64,000 nucleotides of DNA from Alphaproteobacteria bacterium (GTDB taxonomy: Bacteria; Pseudomonadota; Alphaproteobacteria; GCA-2731375): contig CBDDPY010000002.1 of assembly GCA_965232515.1 (NCBI GenBank), positions 5,440,001 through 5,504,000 on the forward strand, in the 5' to 3' direction. Numbering within the stretch: position 1 is the first letter of the stretch; each line of letters opens with the position of its first letter. Positions 61,182 through 64,000 of this stretch are shown piece by piece. Below the pieces are notes generated by a model. That model was given only the letters and a program-made list of their open reading frames with translations, was not told where the DNA came from and did not search any database. A program made the position numbers and the translations under genes.

Positions 61182-63167
61182 ATGAGCAATCCGGAAACGG
61201 ATGGAAAGCCGGCGACGACGGAACATCGTTATCGCCGGCTTTCCCGCCTCTGGCAGGCCGTTTTACTGGCGGCGACGGTGCTGTCGGTCATCGTCACGGT
61301 CTATCAGCTCTTCAATCTCGGCAACACGATCGGCCTTGTCGCCATCGACACGCAGTACTTCTACGCCCTGCTTGGCGTGCTGCTGCCGCTCGCCTTCATC
61401 ATCTTTCCGGCCTATGCCGGCGCCCGCGAAGGCGTGCCGTTTTATGACGTGCTTCTGTTCCTCGTCGCCATCTCGCTGAACGGCTATTTCCTCTGGTACG
61501 CCCGCGACATCGTCGATCTCGGGTGGGAGTACGCGGCGCCCGACCACATTCAATACGCGGCCATGCTGTTGTGGTTGCTGGTGCTGGAAGCGACGCGCCG
61601 GGCCGGCGGCATGCCGGTGTTCCTGGTCGTCTTCGTGATCTCGCTCTATCCGGTCTATGCCGGCTTCGCGCCCGGTCCCTTCGAAGCCGTGAACGAGACC
61701 TTCGGCGATACCGTCGCCTATCACGCGGTCTCCAGCGAATCCATCCTGGGCATCCCGTTCCGCGCCTTCGCCAATCTGGTGGTCGGGTTCCTGATGTTTG
61801 GCGTCGCCCTGCAGCACACGGGCGGCGGCAGGTTCTTCCTGAACCTGGCCTTCGCCCTGCTGGGTCATGTCCGCGGCGGCCCGGCCAAGGTAGCGATCTT
61901 CGCCTCCGGCCTGATGGGCTCGATGAGCGGCAGCGTCATCACCAACGTGCTGACCACGGGCGCCATGTCGATCCCGGCCATGAAGCGGATCGGCTTCGCG
62001 CCGCACTATGCGGGCGGCGTCGAGGCCTGCGCGTCGACCGGCGGCGTTCTGATGCCGCCGATCATGGGCGCCACGGCCTTCGTCATGGCGATCTATCTGG
62101 AGGTGCCCTATTCCGAAATCGTCATCGCCGCGGTGATCCCGTCGCTGTTGTATTTCTTCGGCCTGTTCATGCAGATCGATGCCTATGCCGCGCGCTCCGG
62201 CCTTAAGGGCCTGCCGCGCGAGGAGCTGCCGTCGCTCGCCCAGACCATGAAGGAAGGCTGGCACTACATCACCGTCTTCATCCTGCTGATCTGGATGCTG
62301 TTGTTCCTGCAGCGCGAGGCCTTGGCGCCGTACTACGCGACGGTGCTGCTGATCGTCGTCAATCAGGTCGCCTCCAAGCAGAGCCGCTGGGGCTGGACGC
62401 AGCTGCGCGATTTCGTCGTCGGCACGGGTCGGCTGTTCACCGAACTGGCCGCGATCCTGGCAGGCGTCGGCCTGATCGTCGGCGCGCTGTCGTTCACCGG
62501 CAAGGTCGGCACGCTCGCCTTCGAGCTGCTGTCGCTCGCCGGCGATTCCGTGCTGCTGTTGCTGATGATGGGCGCGGTCGCCAGCTTCATCATGGGCATC
62601 GGCGTCACCGTGACCGTGGCCTACATCATCCTCGCCATCACGCTGGCGCCGGCGTTGTCGAATGCCGGCCTCAATCCCATGGCCGTGCATATGTTCATGC
62701 TCTACTGGGGCATGCTGTCGTTCATCACGCCGCCGGTGGCGCTCGGCGCCTTTGCCGCCGCCAGCCTCGCGCGATCCGACCCCATGCGCACCGGCTTCGA
62801 GGCCATGCGATTGGGCTCGGTGATCTATTTCATCCCGTTCTTTTTCGTGCTGAACCCGGCGCTGATCATGCAAGGCAGCTTTGTCGAGGTCATGGCCGTC
62901 TTGATCCCGGCGCTGATCGGGGTGATCCTGTTGGCCGGCAGCCTGCAGGGCTGCGTGCTCGGCGTCGGCGACCTCACGACCAGTCCCGTTTTGGGCTGGC
63001 CGCTGCGGGCCGTCCTGCTGGTCGCGGCGCTGCTGTTCGTCACGCCCGGTGGCGAGCTGACAGGCTATGGACATCTGGAACTGAGCCTGGCGGCGCTGGT
63101 TCTGGCAGTGCCGGCGCTGGCGATTGCCTGGTTTGCCAATCGCGGGGTCCGGCGAGCGGAGGCGTGA
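61182..63167 (+). CDS. TRAP fused permease (DctQM, TAXI-type)
   Basis: RGGPAKV, EACASTGG.LMPPIMGA, ITPPVAL. Confidence 0.92.
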   Translation: MSNPETDGKPATTEHRYRRLSRLWQAVLLAATVLSVIVTVYQLFNLGNTIGLVAIDTQYFYALLGVLLPLAFIIFPAYAGAREGVPFYDVLLFLVAISLNGYFLWYARDIVDLGWEYAAPDHIQYAAMLLWLLVLEATRRAGGMPVFLVVFVISLYPVYAGFAPGPFEAVNETFGDTVAYHAVSSESILGIPFRAFANLVVGFLMFGVALQHTGGGRFFLNLAFALLGHVRGGPAKVAIFASGLMGSMSGSVITNVLTTGAMSIPAMKRIGFAPHYAGGVEACASTGGVLMPPIMGATAFVMAIYLEVPYSEIVIAAVIPSLLYFFGLFMQIDAYAARSGLKGLPREELPSLAQTMKEGWHYITVFILLIWMLLFLQREALAPYYATVLLIVVNQVASKQSRWGWTQLRDFVVGTGRLFTELAAILAGVGLIVGALSFTGKVGTLAFELLSLAGDSVLLLLMMGAVASFIMGIGVTVTVAYIILAITLAPALSNAGLNPMAVHMFMLYWGMLSFITPPVALGAFAAASLARSDPMRTGFEAMRLGSVIYFIPFFFVLNPALIMQGSFVEVMAVLIPALIGVILLAGSLQGCVLGVGDLTTSPVLGWPLRAVLLVAALLFVTPGGELTGYGHLELSLAALVLAVPALAIAWFANRGVRRAEA

Positions 63168-63168
63168 G

Positions 63169-64000
63169 ATGAGTCGGAGTGCGGCGGATGCGTTGGTCGA
63201 AACGCTTGTGCAACAGGGCGTCGACCGGGTGTTTTGTGTACCGGGGGAGAGCTATATCGCCGTGCTCGATTCCCTGGTCGACGAGACGGCGATCCAGGTC
63301 GTCACCTGCCGGCACGAATCCGGCGCCGGCTTCATGGCGCTGGCCGACGCCAAGATTACCGGCCGGGCCGGTACCTGCTTCGTCAGCCGCGGTCCCGGCG
63401 CCACCAACGCGTCCATCGCCGTGCACACCGCCGATCAGGACGCCGTGCCCGTGGTGTTCTTCATCGGCCAGATCGAGCGCAAGGATTTCGGCCGCGGCGC
63501 CTTTCAGGAGGTGGACTACGCCAAGACCTTCTCCGACATGGCCAAGGCCGTGGAGGAGGTGCACGATCCCGAACGGCTGCCGGAAGTGGCGGCCCGCGCC
63601 TACCACATCGCCGAGAGCGCGACGCCCGGCCCGGTCGTCGTCTCGCTGCCGGAAGACATGCTGGAACAGCATTGTGCCGCGCCGGCACAGGCCAGCCGGC
63701 CGCGCCCCAGGCCGCTGCCGGCCGAGGCCGATGTCAGCGCGGTCGCCGACCTGCTGGTCGCGGCCAAGCGGCCGGTGCTGATCCCCGGCGGCATGCTGGG
63801 CCAGCCGGCGGCGCGGAAATCGCTGCTGGCCTGCTCGGAGGCCTGGTCGCTTGCCGTCGCACCCAGCTTCAAGCGCCAGGATCTGTTCCCGAACGAGCAT
63901 CCGAACTATGCCGGTCATCTCGGCTACGGCATTCCGCCGGCCTTGGGCGAGGCGATGGCCGAAGCCGATCTGGTGCTGGCCGTCGGCACGCGCCTGGGCG
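63169..64000 (+). CDS. Thiamine pyrophosphate-binding protein, acetolactate synthase-like (3' truncated)
   Basis: MSRSAADALV...FCVPGESY, CRHESGA, SRGPGATN, FQEVDY; runs off the window end. Confidence 0.9.
   Translation, partial: MSRSAADALVETLVQQGVDRVFCVPGESYIAVLDSLVDETAIQVVTCRHESGAGFMALADAKITGRAGTCFVSRGPGATNASIAVHTADQDAVPVVFFIGQIERKDFGRGAFQEVDYAKTFSDMAKAVEEVHDPERLPEVAARAYHIAESATPGPVVVSLPEDMLEQHCAAPAQASRPRPRPLPAEADVSAVADLLVAAKRPVLIPGGMLGQPAARKSLLACSEAWSLAVAPSFKRQDLFPNEHPNYAGHLGYGIPPALGEAMAEADLVLAVGTRLG

Overview
GC-rich alphaproteobacterial chromosome segment (Rhodospirillales-like, inferred from gene content) with about 60 mostly metabolic CDSs. It holds a LiuR-headed beta-oxidation operon, Ada-AlkA/ogt repair genes, a tandem D-aminoacylase/thioesterase/crotonase cluster, an atuCDEF-like carboxylase cluster, phoX, and hydantoinase/TAXI-TRAP genes. 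No rRNA, tRNA, CRISPR array or transposase was seen. Two loci stand out. (1) At 46661-47132 a lone DUF559 (Vsr-like) endonuclease gene is bracketed by inverted CCCTCTCCCGC-nn-GCGGGAGAGGG...GGGTGAGGG hairpin repeats and sits between two sugar-acid genes; this is a candidate REP/RAYT-like nuclease-plus-repeat element. (2) At 15555-18394 a promoter, a 30-aa Thr-rich leader peptide and an antiterminator/terminator precede an editing-domain-less ThrRS, followed by a His-tailed NreB-like MFS exporter. Three other small palindromic repeat types, tandem LiuR operators, a Pho box and CtrA-like sites are also visible. All protein calls come from motif recognition by eye, not database searches.
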